Under the pieces are notes generated by a model, which was not told the origin of the DNA, made no database searches, and worked only from the letters and a program-made list of their open reading frames with translations. The translations under genes and the position numbers were made by a program. DNA of 30,296 nucleotides from a virus (taxonomy: Duplodnaviria; Caudoviricetes). Each line of letters starts with the position of its first letter. Position 1 is the stretch's first letter. The stretch is taken from positions 1-30,296 of the IMG/VR virus record IMGVR_UViG_3300048576_000053. One strand, given 5' to 3'. Shown one piece after another: positions 17,065 through 26,197 of this stretch.

Positions 17065-17991
17065 TTATTTGAACTTGAGATTAAGCCATTCATCAAATTC
17101 AGGAGTAGCAGCACTGCCTTTGGCTTTGTTTGGGAATGTTTTTATTACACTTCGAGTTGTACAACGGCATTCGATATCTTCCTCCGGCAGTCCAGATAAA
17201 CGCGGTCCTTTAGTCTTAGCGCCATTCGGTAAAGTGAAATAGCCGTCGGCATCTGCTTCCTGTCCGTTCATTTTAGCGTGGTCATGCCTTTCTTTACCGT
17301 CCATGATTGTAGTCCACACTTCAACCATTTCAATGCCTAATCTATCAGCTGCGCTTTTTGCTTTATCGTAGCTTGTTTTATTAGCCAGTGATAACGCTCT
17401 ATTCGATTCAGTCCTTACAATTCTTTGTGCGCGTCCTAAAGAAATATCGACCTTATCGCTTAAAGCATGAGCCGTTTTGGAATATCCATCCCCTTTAATC
17501 AGGCCGGAGGTAATCGTTTGATTAACGTCCTGTGTAAGTTTAGTACCCCAAGCCTTTGAACGATCAATCCATGTAATCTTATCGAGTGGGTTCAATACGC
17601 TTGCATCGATTGCCGTTTTATTCAATTCAGTAAAACCTAACTTAGCTCCGATACCGGACTCATAAGCGTATGCAGATCTGTAATATGATTTCTCAAATAC
17701 TGTTTTAATCGCTTGCCGGGTAACTTTGATATTCTCTCCAGTAACGACTTTAATGGCTTGTGCAATTTCAGCCTCTAAACCTGTTAAACGATTATAGCGG
17801 TTAGCGTCTGCATAGCTCATTGTATCGCCGTACTTCTCATATAAGGCAGATACTTCAGCGCGGATATCATTAAGCACGGTTTTATAATTCAGGATTATCT
17901 GCTTTTCGGAATCAGCTAAAACTTTACGCGCTTCTTTATTGCTTAATTTAAGAAGCTCTGCTATTCTGCGGTTAATCTGTGTTATCGGCAT
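17065..17991 (-). CDS. Minor head protein (SPP1 gp7 / Mu F-like)
   Basis: RAQRIVRTESNRA, W..DGKERHDHAKMNGQ, EEDIECRC. Confidence 0.9.
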   Translation of the reverse strand: MPITQINRRIAELLKLSNKEARKVLADSEKQIILNYKTVLNDIRAEVSALYEKYGDTMSYADANRYNRLTGLEAEIAQAIKVVTGENIKVTRQAIKTVFEKSYYRSAYAYESGIGAKLGFTELNKTAIDASVLNPLDKITWIDRSKAWGTKLTQDVNQTITSGLIKGDGYSKTAHALSDKVDISLGRAQRIVRTESNRALSLANKTSYDKAKSAADRLGIEMVEVWTTIMDGKERHDHAKMNGQEADADGYFTLPNGAKTKGPRLSGLPEEDIECRCTTRSVIKTFPNKAKGSAATPEFDEWLNLKFK

Positions 17992-19354
17992 TGCCAGGTT
18001 CCAGATATGGATTCAAAGTGTCAGCTAATTCAGCTTTCATTTTATCGAGTTCTTCCTGTACGTTTGTAATGAAAGGCAGTAGGCTTAAGCGTGTTTCGTC
18101 TGAAATGTTCCCCTTGAATTTCATTTGTACATCTGCCAAATAGCCCAGGTCAATCGGCAGGTTTCTTGTAAATTGCTGTGCAATATCGGTGTATTCTACT
18201 TTTACATTACGTTTATTCCATGAGGAACAAACAATCCGATACATCTCGATATTTGCTTTTGAGAACTTAACTTCTTTAATGATTGCATCGTTCTCCATTG
18301 ATACGAGTTTCCATTTACGAGACTCCCCGGACATAGCGGAGCCTGAAAATTGTTCATCTCTCATATCGACCGCTTTGGTAAATTTGTAAATGTTTTCGTT
18401 CAATGTTTTCTTATGATTCTCAATCATTTGCACAGCATTGTCAAGCTGCTTTGTAATAAATTCAATTTTGTTCCCGTTAGGCATGAAGAAAGCTCCTGTC
18501 TGTCTGGCCTGTTGTATCGTTTCCCTTGTAGGTGCGGTATCGCCACTAAAGCCAAGATACGCCAGTCTGAATTCTTCTAATTCGTTTTGGATATCAGATA
18601 AATTACGGTCGTAAGCGTCAATCAATGTTTCGGCTTTCTCGAAATCGCCTTGTAGCATATCGTTATTCATATACCTGATTACAGGAACGTACTCAAATAA
18701 ATGAGGCTGTGGGTTTACCTTTTCGCTTGCGTCAAGGATATAATTGCCGGAATCGTCCTGAATGTAATATGTTACATTCTGCTTATCGTACCATTCAACT
18801 CTTGTCTTTTTCTTAGTCGCACCGCTTGCATCAATGCACTCAAGTTCATAATAAATCAAAGCATAATTAAGCTTATCGAGTATCTGGTCATAAACGAATA
18901 TCACTTCCCACGGGTTTATACTCATTACGCTTTCTTTCCCCTCTGTATCGATATAACAGAGCCTCGCACCGTAACCGCATATAGAAGCGAACCGGCCTGT
19001 GATTGCGTCCAAGTCCCTTATGTAGTTCCTCTGCATAAAGCCATTCAATTCATCAACCATATTGTCGGGGTATCTATCGGAGGGAAGAGAATATTTTACA
19101 GGATTGCCAAATATATATCCAATCTTTTCATCAACAATATCCCCTCTATAATCATTTTTAAGCTTGTTATTGATCTTCGCAGGGTCTTCAAAACTTCGAT
19201 GTTCAATCGGTACACGGCCTTTATAAGCGTGGAATAGTTCTATTGTTTTGTCTCGTAATCTCCGATGGTCTGCTATGAGGTCTTTTATGATTTGAGATGT
19301 GATTTGCCCGGACTGCCTTTTAATTAACTCATTGACTTGTGCGCTTGTGTACAT
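17972..19354 (-). CDS. Portal protein, SPP1 gp6-like
   Basis: NNKLKNDY..IVD..GYIFGNPV, LIDAYD, FSGSAMSGESRKWK, FTRNLP. Start moved to ATG 19354 after AAAGGA. Confidence 0.93.
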   Translation of the reverse strand: MYTSAQVNELIKRQSGQITSQIIKDLIADHRRLRDKTIELFHAYKGRVPIEHRSFEDPAKINNKLKNDYRGDIVDEKIGYIFGNPVKYSLPSDRYPDNMVDELNGFMQRNYIRDLDAITGRFASICGYGARLCYIDTEGKESVMSINPWEVIFVYDQILDKLNYALIYYELECIDASGATKKKTRVEWYDKQNVTYYIQDDSGNYILDASEKVNPQPHLFEYVPVIRYMNNDMLQGDFEKAETLIDAYDRNLSDIQNELEEFRLAYLGFSGDTAPTRETIQQARQTGAFFMPNGNKIEFITKQLDNAVQMIENHKKTLNENIYKFTKAVDMRDEQFSGSAMSGESRKWKLVSMENDAIIKEVKFSKANIEMYRIVCSSWNKRNVKVEYTDIAQQFTRNLPIDLGYLADVQMKFKGNISDETRLSLLPFITNVQEELDKMKAELADTLNPYLEPGNADNTD

Positions 19355-19378
19355 GATGAATCCTTTTAATTGTCGGTT

Positions 19379-19416
19379 CAAAAGTAATTTTATGACATTG
19401 GGAAATAAACCTAATT
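19379..19416 (-). promoter_or_regulatory. Late promoter A (AATTAGGT-N22-TACTTTTG)
   Basis: Perfect TAnnTTTG -7 element 22 nt from the shared box; upstream of the portal gene. Confidence 0.75.
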
Positions 19417-19521
19417 CTTTAATAGGCTTCTTTTGAGGGGTATGGATAAGCAGTTTGCAAGGTGGTTGGTATAAATGGAGGTTTAACAAATTTAGAGGGC
19501 TTAAAAGCGATTTATGGAAGT

Positions 19522-20772
19522 TTAGTAAAGTGAGGGAGCTGCCTTGAACTCACGGATTGTAATATATTTTTCAACTGAATATCTTAAAGGGTCAATTAAA
19601 TGGTTAAACGCATCGATAGGAGTGCTTAATGTAATGCCGTCTTTAACTTCCCAGGCATAATTATTTAATTCAAGTATAAGATTTGTGCATTTCGGATGCA
19701 CTATAATTTCAAATTGTGAAAGGAATTGAATTCCGTTATTGATACTATCTTTACCTTTTCTGGCTGCTTTAATCCTGCTTATGCCATAATTGCGGATTTC
19801 ATCAATACTTTTCGGTTCGCTCGAATCTGCGACTATTTCCTCTTTTGCGTAACCCATATACTTAATACGATTTGCTATGGCATCGTTTAATAAGCCACGT
19901 TCATAGAATTCATCAAAGCAATATAGTTTCTTATTCTGTGGGTCGATTAAAGAAGCTATGAAGCCGGACGGGTCAACCGTATATCCGAAATCCAAACCAA
20001 AGCATGATTTGACCTGTGGAAACTTCTTGATTATGTCCTGAATATTGAATTCTCTTTCAATCCAATTATCGAAAACCAATCCTTGAGATATTCCCCATTC
20101 TCCCAACCCCTCTACTTTGTAACGGCGTGGGTTCTTAGTCCTCATATCTTCAAATAGCTTCAAATCGGCATCGTCTAAAAATTCATTGCAAGTGTAATCA
20201 GTCGTAAGGGTGAATGTGTTATCGTCCGGATTATCGAAGAAACGCTTCTTAATCCAATGCTTTTCATTCCACGGGTTAAACGTGCCTGTAATCTGCTTAA
20301 ATAATCCTTCAGGCATTTCTCCACGAATTGACATATCAACTTTGTTGAAATCCTCTTCGCTCGATATTTGAAAGAACTCTTCAAACCACACCCAACATAA
20401 AACGCCTTTTTCGACAGTTATAGATGTTAAGCTCTGGGGATCGTCCATGCCTCTGAATAATATTTTTTGCCCTGTCGGTATATAGATAATTTCCAAAGGA
20501 GATAATTTACATTCAAATAGTCCGGCCACACCCAGACGATTAATAGCCCACTTTAATTGAGCATAAGTTGAATCTTTATGGTCTTTGAAGTATTTACGGA
20601 TAACCAACAGGTTAGCTCCGCGGTACTTCATAATATTGCAGATGAAATTCAAGGCTGCTGTTGTGGATTTCTTTGAACCTCTGCCGCCCTTAACAATACG
20701 ATAGCGTTTCCGGGTTTTCCAGTAATCCTTGTAACCTTTTCCAACGACCTTATTTAATTCGACTATTGCCAT
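19522..20772 (-). CDS. terL: Terminase large subunit, PBSX family
   Basis: KGGRGSKKS Walker A, WFEE Walker B, TFNP, GLDFGY and NHLIDPLRY nuclease motifs. Confidence 0.95.
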   Translation of the reverse strand: MAIVELNKVVGKGYKDYWKTRKRYRIVKGGRGSKKSTTAALNFICNIMKYRGANLLVIRKYFKDHKDSTYAQLKWAINRLGVAGLFECKLSPLEIIYIPTGQKILFRGMDDPQSLTSITVEKGVLCWVWFEEFFQISSEEDFNKVDMSIRGEMPEGLFKQITGTFNPWNEKHWIKKRFFDNPDDNTFTLTTDYTCNEFLDDADLKLFEDMRTKNPRRYKVEGLGEWGISQGLVFDNWIEREFNIQDIIKKFPQVKSCFGLDFGYTVDPSGFIASLIDPQNKKLYCFDEFYERGLLNDAIANRIKYMGYAKEEIVADSSEPKSIDEIRNYGISRIKAARKGKDSINNGIQFLSQFEIIVHPKCTNLILELNNYAWEVKDGITLSTPIDAFNHLIDPLRYSVEKYITIREFKAAPSLY

Positions 20773-20780
20773 ATAAAAAT

Positions 20781-20816
20781 AAACCCGCCTGAAGCCATTA
20801 AGCCTCAAACGGGTTT
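20781..20816 (-). terminator. Terminator-like hairpin between terS and terL
   Basis: Minus strand CCCGTTTGAGGC-TTAATG-GCTTCAGGCGGG (12 bp, three G-U pairs) then TTTATTTTT. Confidence 0.7.
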
Positions 20817-20834
20817 TTAATTCAATCCTTAATT

Positions 20835-21275
20835 TTATTCAAGATTATCAACAAAAGTAATTTTTCCCTCTAACATGCCGGATAAATCAAGCTTATTGAC
20901 TATCCTTTTCTTTAATGCATTGTATTCCCTAATCGCGGCGATCTTCGCCTTGAAATCAGCGTTTTGTGTTATTAGCAATTCGAGCTGTTTATCAACATAG
21001 GAATCATTCAGCCCTTGAAGTTCCAACAGTTCATTTATCCGTCTCAAAACGTTGGGATTTGTTAATAGCTCACTTGCCCTGCTTCTTGCTACTAAATACC
21101 AGTTGCCAGTCTTAGGTGGATTGTAAGCCTCAATATAACTTTGAGTGCCATTTCCAAAGAATTCCCTATCACTTGCGTATAGTTTGCAGAACATTTCTTG
21201 TTTGGGATTAAGCTCCCTATGAACGACTGCTTTCTTTGGATTAACCTTTTTCTTTTTTACAACTTTTTTAGGCAT
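20835..21275 (-). CDS. terS: Terminase small subunit
   Basis: LNPKQEMFCKLY..GNGTQSYIEAY..ASELLTNPNV pattern; upstream of terL. Confidence 0.88.
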   Translation of the reverse strand: MPKKVVKKKKVNPKKAVVHRELNPKQEMFCKLYASDREFFGNGTQSYIEAYNPPKTGNWYLVARSRASELLTNPNVLRRINELLELQGLNDSYVDKQLELLITQNADFKAKIAAIREYNALKKRIVNKLDLSGMLEGKITFVDNLE

Positions 21276-21532
21276 TAGCTTACTTCCTCATTATCGTTAA
21301 GTGTTTTTTTAGGAGGGTATAAAATAAATTCTATGCTCTTGAACGAAAGACAGTAGTCATTTGCCAGCTTTTCCTTTGCATCCTTGGCTTTCATAGTCCT
21401 TCTATAAATGTGGAATTTCTTCTTTATTTCCTCCGCGCGTTTTATCCTTTCTATGACGTTATGATTCATAAAGCCGTTTTTTACACACGCGTCCAAAACG
21501 TCAAAGCAAAGATTTCTCATATTTTTATCCAT
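21275..21532 (-). CDS. Small HTH protein, Mor/C-like putative late regulator
   Basis: C-terminal LANDYCLSFKSIEFILY resembles the Mor-family HTH; first gene of the late region. Confidence 0.5.
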   Translation of the reverse strand: MDKNMRNLCFDVLDACVKNGFMNHNVIERIKRAEEIKKKFHIYRRTMKAKDAKEKLANDYCLSFKSIEFILYPPKKTLNDNEEVS

Positions 21533-21552
21533 ATATCTCTCGATTAACTATG

Positions 21553-21590
21553 CAAAAATGTTTATAAGTTATTTTAGAAATGACCTAATT
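21553..21590 (-). promoter_or_regulatory. Late promoter C (AATTAGGT-N22-CATTTTTG)
   Basis: Same box and spacing as promoters A and B; upstream of the HTH-terS genes. Confidence 0.7.
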
Positions 21591-21779
21591 TTTTATAAGG
21601 CGAATTTTTTCCGGGGTGCTGCATTGTTGTAATTGCTTAGTATTTCGCGGATGCGCTTCTTCATGTGCAATGAGTCTTTTTGTTTCGACTTCACGGCTGC
21701 ATTTCGGGGAACAATATTTCTGGCGGCCTCTACTGGTTTGGAACTCCGCGCCGCATTCAGCACAAATTAACATTCTCAT
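21585..21779 (-). CDS. Small zinc-binding protein
   Basis: CAECGAEF..KYCSPKC treble-clef-like pattern; ATGA coupling. Confidence 0.7.
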   Translation of the reverse strand: MRMLICAECGAEFQTSRGRQKYCSPKCSREVETKRLIAHEEAHPRNTKQLQQCSTPEKIRLIKN

Positions 21780-21973
21780 TCAACCCCCTTGTAATATCGT
21801 TCCGGTTTGGTGATTGTTTTTACTTTCGGGTTCCATTTGAAGATCAGCCGGATAGCATAAACGATACGCCAGTATAAACGTGCTTCGCTTAATGTTTGAG
21901 CCAGATCTTCCATGTCAAGGCGGGTTTTCTTGTTTATTGCCCTTCTTATTTTTTTATCCATTTTGCGGCTCAT
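21776..21973 (-). CDS. Hypothetical basic protein
   Basis: GGGGGAG RBS; ATGA-coupled on both sides. Confidence 0.65.
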   Translation of the reverse strand: MSRKMDKKIRRAINKKTRLDMEDLAQTLSEARLYWRIVYAIRLIFKWNPKVKTITKPERYYKGVE

Positions 21974-22299
21974 TTCTCCCCCTGTATTTGTTGTTTTTCT
22001 TCCTGCACGGGGGTGGAAATTTCTGCAACGATCTCTTCACACGCCATTAAACCGCCCCTCCACAGAGATTTGTTTTTTGTGCTATTTGACATTATTTTTT
22101 GTTTATATTCATTCTGTGCGTTTTTTATCACCCCGATTATTCCCTTTTCTCTGTCTTCCTTGCCCTGCTGATAGGCAGAATCGATAAGTGCTTTTATATA
22201 TTCCGTTGTACACAAAACCGTCCCGACGTTATATTTATCAAACGTTTCATGTTTTGTTAAAGAGTCAATTTGCCTATTCTTAAATTCTTCAATGTTCAT
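21970..22299 (-). CDS. Hypothetical protein
   Basis: AAGGAG RBS; ATGA-coupled. Confidence 0.65.
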   Translation of the reverse strand: MNIEEFKNRQIDSLTKHETFDKYNVGTVLCTTEYIKALIDSAYQQGKEDREKGIIGVIKNAQNEYKQKIMSNSTKNKSLWRGGLMACEEIVAEISTPVQEEKQQIQGEK

Positions 22300-22688
22300 T
22301 TTGTTATCTCCTTTAGTTGTTCAAAATAAAATTTTATTGGTTGCTCTGTTTCTTGAATGAGACTGAATTTTTTAACGATTTTATAATTAAAAACCTTGTT
22401 TAGTAGTTCAATCTTATGAAGCAAGTTCTCGCGGAAAGTTTCTAAATTGTTATCTCTTTTTTCGTAATTACAAGCCCTACAAGCCGGATTCAAGTTGCTA
22501 ATATCGTTTATGTCGTTTGGTATTTTCACGTCTGTAAATTGTTGCATCTTTTCACTGCCGACCCAATGATTTTTTGCTTGTGGAAAAATATGGTCAACTT
22601 GCATACTCTTTAATTCCAATTCACATCCGCAATAAGCACAATGCCCGTTAAATTTATCATAAACCACCTGCCTTGTTTTCCTATTCAC
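22296..22688 (-). CDS. HNH endonuclease
   Basis: CAYCG..MQVDH..NLNPACRACN. Confidence 0.92.
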   Translation of the reverse strand: MNRKTRQVVYDKFNGHCAYCGCELELKSMQVDHIFPQAKNHWVGSEKMQQFTDVKIPNDINDISNLNPACRACNYEKRDNNLETFRENLLHKIELLNKVFNYKIVKKFSLIQETEQPIKFYFEQLKEITK

Positions 22689-22962
22689 CTGTTATCTCCT
22701 TTAGTTGTTTTTCAAGGTTTGCTTTTAATTCTGTAAATCCGTCTAAAAGATATTTCATTTGTTTTTCAAGTTTCCCGTTTGGGTCGATAGTAGGGTATGA
22801 TTGCACCAAGCACCAAGTTGCATCCGTTACCCCTTCAATCTTCGCCTTAAGCTTTTCACAATTAAGTTGTGATAATGCTTTGTCGCGCCCCGATTCTTCG
22901 CCATCATAAAACCCTTTATTATAGCCGTTTTGATAAACCTCTTCCGCCTGTTTACTTTCCAT
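22681..22962 (-). CDS. Hypothetical protein
   Basis: GGAGG RBS; YQNGYNKGFYDG segment and coiled coil. Confidence 0.65.
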   Translation of the reverse strand: MESKQAEEVYQNGYNKGFYDGEESGRDKALSQLNCEKLKAKIEGVTDATWCLVQSYPTIDPNGKLEKQMKYLLDGFTELKANLEKQLKEITGE

Positions 22963-23222
22963 TACTTTGCCTCCTGTAATATGTGTTTTGAAATTTCTTC
23001 ACCACAGAAAGGACAGAAATTTATTACAACACCATTTTTGCCGTACTCGCCACCTTTATAGCCAACAAAAGAATCTTTTATTTTGTGTTTTTCTAAATCC
23101 AAAGTTTCTCTTATCACAAAACCTTTCTTAACGCCTAATTCAATAGCTTTGTTTAAGAATTTGCAAGGTTTTATTTTACCGTCAACTACTTTGCATTTTG
23201 TTGCTTCTTTATTCTTTTCCAT
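22962..23222 (-). CDS. Hypothetical Cys-containing protein
   Basis: INFCPFCGEEI C-terminal motif. Confidence 0.7.
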   Translation of the reverse strand: MEKNKEATKCKVVDGKIKPCKFLNKAIELGVKKGFVIRETLDLEKHKIKDSFVGYKGGEYGKNGVVINFCPFCGEEISKHILQEAK

Positions 23223-23589
23223 CTCTTTCCTCCTGATGAATATTTCCGATTACTTCAAACTCAGTTATTAAGGCAGATATTGTGTATTCAGAATCTTTAT
23301 GTTTCCCTTCTAATCCCTTTATTCCGAAACTGCCGCCCTCTAAAGGAGTAATTACGAATTTCCCCATTGTGCCGTTAAAGATAATATCCCCGTCAAAGGC
23401 TTTTATTTTCTTCTTATCAGTTAGCCCTGTCCACATCCCTACTGTTTCGGGAAGGACTTCAATCGGATATACTTTATCTTGTTTAATCCCGACTTCAATA
23501 ATATGAGAAAAACAATTGACGGTGCTATGGACTAAATCTCCATAAATCCATTCATTACCTTTTGTTAAACCTCTAAATAAATATTCCAT
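23209..23589 (-). CDS. YopX family protein
   Basis: FRG..EWIYGDL, PETVGMWTGLTDK..FDGDI, FEVIGNIH. Confidence 0.9.
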   Translation of the reverse strand: MEYLFRGLTKGNEWIYGDLVHSTVNCFSHIIEVGIKQDKVYPIEVLPETVGMWTGLTDKKKIKAFDGDIIFNGTMGKFVITPLEGGSFGIKGLEGKHKDSEYTISALITEFEVIGNIHQEERDGKE

Positions 23590-23590
23590 G

Positions 23591-23776
23591 TTATACCTCC
23601 CTACTGGATTGCGATAAAAATTTTTCTTTTGTTGTTGTAATAATTATATCACCATTTTGTACGGCTCTGACGAAATTAATATATGTAATGACTTTGCTAC
23701 CAGTTGGAACTTTGTATTCATATTCAGCGTATTCAAAGAATACTTTTTCTGCTAAGGTTTTATTTTTTCTACTCAT
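23591..23776 (-). CDS. Hypothetical protein
   Basis: GGAGG RBS; fills the gap in the operon. Confidence 0.6.
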   Translation of the reverse strand: MSRKNKTLAEKVFFEYAEYEYKVPTGSKVITYINFVRAVQNGDIIITTTKEKFLSQSSREV

Positions 23777-24377
23777 CTATTCCTCCACTACACAAAGTAA
23801 GTTCATAAATATTAGCTTCATTGTTATCCTCTACATGCTCCGCTCTGACTGGCATAAGCAGAATGGTAATGTTCTCATATTGCATCTTCATGGCTTCTGC
23901 GCAGTTGATTGTAGTAACGTGCCATTTGTAAGGGAAATTTTCATGCACAAGTTTTATGAAATCGGGATTGTAATACGCCTTTCCGATTTTATAGAACTCG
24001 GTTTTTGCTCTGACTATGCCAATTTGTTTATCGGTGTGTCCCGTACCTTTGCAAGCCTTGCATTTATCTCCATTTGCATAGTGGATTCCCTCCCCCTCAC
24101 AAACGGGGCATTCTTCATATAAAGGCTCTGTTTTATATTCCGGTATCGACGCAAGGTCTAAGGTGAAATCACAATTAGGTTTTATCTTTGTAAATATCTC
24201 ACTTACAAATTCAGATTCATCTTTTAACTCCGGACAATCTGTAACGTCCCGTATAGGTGCCTGAATTAAAATATGTCCGTCCGATGCAATTACATAATCA
24301 CCATACATAAAGGGTGTCATTAAGACTGTTCTATCGAGACTTATGAACTTTAGAAATTTGCTAAAATCTACTTTCAT
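23769..24377 (-). CDS. Hypothetical protein with a DnaJ-type zinc finger and beta-clamp-like segments
   Basis: CPVCEGEG and CKACKGTG; ASDGHIL and LLMPVR motifs. Confidence 0.65.
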   Translation of the reverse strand: MKVDFSKFLKFISLDRTVLMTPFMYGDYVIASDGHILIQAPIRDVTDCPELKDESEFVSEIFTKIKPNCDFTLDLASIPEYKTEPLYEECPVCEGEGIHYANGDKCKACKGTGHTDKQIGIVRAKTEFYKIGKAYYNPDFIKLVHENFPYKWHVTTINCAEAMKMQYENITILLMPVRAEHVEDNNEANIYELTLCSGGIDE

Positions 24378-24577
24378 TTTTCCCTCTCTGATTTCTTTTG
24401 CTCTCTTAACACGCTAACCCTTGAGCACCACATTAAGACAAATAGGATTATTAGCGTTACGAAATGACCAAGTTTTGTGTTTATAATGATTATGAAGCAG
24501 GCCAGTACCGCCGTTGTATCTTCCAAGTGCCAGCCCTTGTGTAGGTTTATAATAAATCTCTTTAGGAAGTTTTTCAT
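24374..24577 (-). CDS. Small membrane protein
   Basis: Two hydrophobic segments; ATGA-coupled. Confidence 0.55.
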   Translation of the reverse strand: MKNFLKRFIINLHKGWHLEDTTAVLACFIIIINTKLGHFVTLIILFVLMWCSRVSVLREQKKSEREK

Positions 24578-24590
24578 CTCATTTACCTTT

Positions 24591-24953
24591 TTACTTTTTC
24601 AAATGAATGTCTTTTATGTGTATGTATGCTCCATTTTTCCCGTCTTTGGAACGTGTGAATTCAACTACTTCACCGATACAAATTACTTTTGTTCCGATCT
24701 TTAGTGAGTCAAGGGCTCCGATAGCGTTGTGGCCGTTAAGATCGACTCCAATTTTATGGCCGGGGTCTTGGAATGTAAACCAATAATCACCGTAAGCGTC
24801 CGACTTGAGAGCTGCGTTTTCTTTTTTCAGATTTTCAATCTCTCTGTCTCTGTTTCTAATGCTTGTATTCAGGCAAACAATTTCGTATTTCTGCCGTGAT
24901 ATGTATTTATCAGGATTTGTGTATTTCGATTTTACTGCTTTTAATTCTCCCAT
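24591..24953 (-). CDS. Hypothetical protein (coiled coil + possible OB-like C-terminus)
   Basis: AGGAG RBS before ATG 24953. Confidence 0.65.
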   Translation of the reverse strand: MGELKAVKSKYTNPDKYISRQKYEIVCLNTSIRNRDREIENLKKENAALKSDAYGDYWFTFQDPGHKIGVDLNGHNAIGALDSLKIGTKVICIGEVVEFTRSKDGKNGAYIHIKDIHLKK

Positions 24954-24980
24954 TTCTATTCTCCTTGTTTTAACGTTCAT

Positions 24981-26135
24981 TTAATCATAATAAACATTCG
25001 TTAATTGCTTACCGCGACTATCGATATGCCATAGGCCGGGTTTCGGTTCTTTAAGCTCTAAATCTTCGACTTTCCCAAAACGGCTAAAATTATCGCATAA
25101 ATCGACAATCATGGTTTTTTCTTTGAAAGGGTGCGGCCTGATTCCTCTCCCTATCATCTGGTAATATAAAGCAAGTGATCTTGTAGGCCGGGCGATTACA
25201 ATTGTTTCAAGTTCCGGATAATCAAAGCCGGTTGTTAATACACCGACATTTGCAATTACTTTTATTTCGCCGGATATGAAATCGTTTAATATACCCTCTC
25301 TTTCTTTCATACTGGTTTCTGCTGACACGGTAGCAGCGCCGGGAATGTTTCTTGCCAGATTTTCAGCTTCTTTTGTAAAGCGTGTAAATATTAAAATATT
25401 CTTACGGCCTATTTCTAAAAGCCTGTTAATAACTTTTATAAGCCGCTTTTCAAAGGAAATTTCCTCGTAATACTTTCTCACTGAATTATCGGTATAGTCT
25501 GCGCCAGTAGAATTTAGTTCGAGTTTTGAAGTGTCGAAACCCTTTATCTGAAAATAATCCAGTTTGGCAAGGTAGCCACGATCATATAAATTTTTATTCT
25601 GTACATGATAAATAACATCGTGGAATATTCGCGGCCTTGTCCGGGTAATAAACTTTAGCATTGAACCGCCATATCCGTCTGTCGTTAATCTGTATGGCGT
25701 AGCTGTTAAGCCTAATATCTTTTCACCTACTATATCAAAAAATTGTTTGTACATTCCTCCTTTTGAATTAACAAAATGGCATTCATCGACCATTATATTT
25801 TTGAACTGCCTGAATAATTCCGGTTTACTTATAACGCTCCCTATCGTGGCGAATGTAACAAGGGATATTTCTTTTTGATTGAATGAAGCTGAAAATATTG
25901 AAGTATCATAAAATTCGTAATTAAGAAGTTTTTTATAATTTTGTTCGAGTATTTCCTTTGACGGTTGAAATATTAGAATTGGTTCGTTTAACCGTCTGGC
26001 AACTTCAGCGATAACAAGGCTTTTTCCGGAACCAGTAGGCAGGACCTCTATAACAGGTTTTTTATCCGTTTGGCTCTTGAAGTATCTAAGTCCTCTTTCA
26101 GCGGCCTCGGCCTGATAATCTCTTAATTCGTACAT
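24981..26135 (-). CDS. SF2 DExH helicase (RadD/YejH-like)
   Basis: LRDYQ, PTGSGKS, VDECH, GLTATP, TTGFDYP, QMIGRGIR. Start 26135 or 26150. Confidence 0.93.
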   Translation of the reverse strand: MYELRDYQAEAAERGLRYFKSQTDKKPVIEVLPTGSGKSLVIAEVARRLNEPILIFQPSKEILEQNYKKLLNYEFYDTSIFSASFNQKEISLVTFATIGSVISKPELFRQFKNIMVDECHFVNSKGGMYKQFFDIVGEKILGLTATPYRLTTDGYGGSMLKFITRTRPRIFHDVIYHVQNKNLYDRGYLAKLDYFQIKGFDTSKLELNSTGADYTDNSVRKYYEEISFEKRLIKVINRLLEIGRKNILIFTRFTKEAENLARNIPGAATVSAETSMKEREGILNDFISGEIKVIANVGVLTTGFDYPELETIVIARPTRSLALYYQMIGRGIRPHPFKEKTMIVDLCDNFSRFGKVEDLELKEPKPGLWHIDSRGKQLTNVYYD

Positions 26136-26180
26136 AGTCCCACTCTCCATTACTCTGCTTTGTTAGTTTTAGAAAAACAA

Positions 26181-26197
26181 GGGCGGTTAAACCGCCC
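26181..26197 (-). terminator. Rho-independent terminator
   Basis: Minus strand GGGCGG-TTTAA-CCGCCC then TTGTTTTT. Confidence 0.7.

Noticed and set aside
19355-19489. N-terminal extension of the portal in the ORF track
   Set aside because: Non-ATG start overlapping the promoter box; ATG 19354 has a good RBS. The terL extension to 20808 and the fibre extension to 8009 were rejected on similar grounds.
22296-22688. HNH as a mobile intron/intein or a cos-packaging nuclease
   Set aside because: It is free-standing within the early operon, does not interrupt a gene and is separated from terS by four genes and a promoter.
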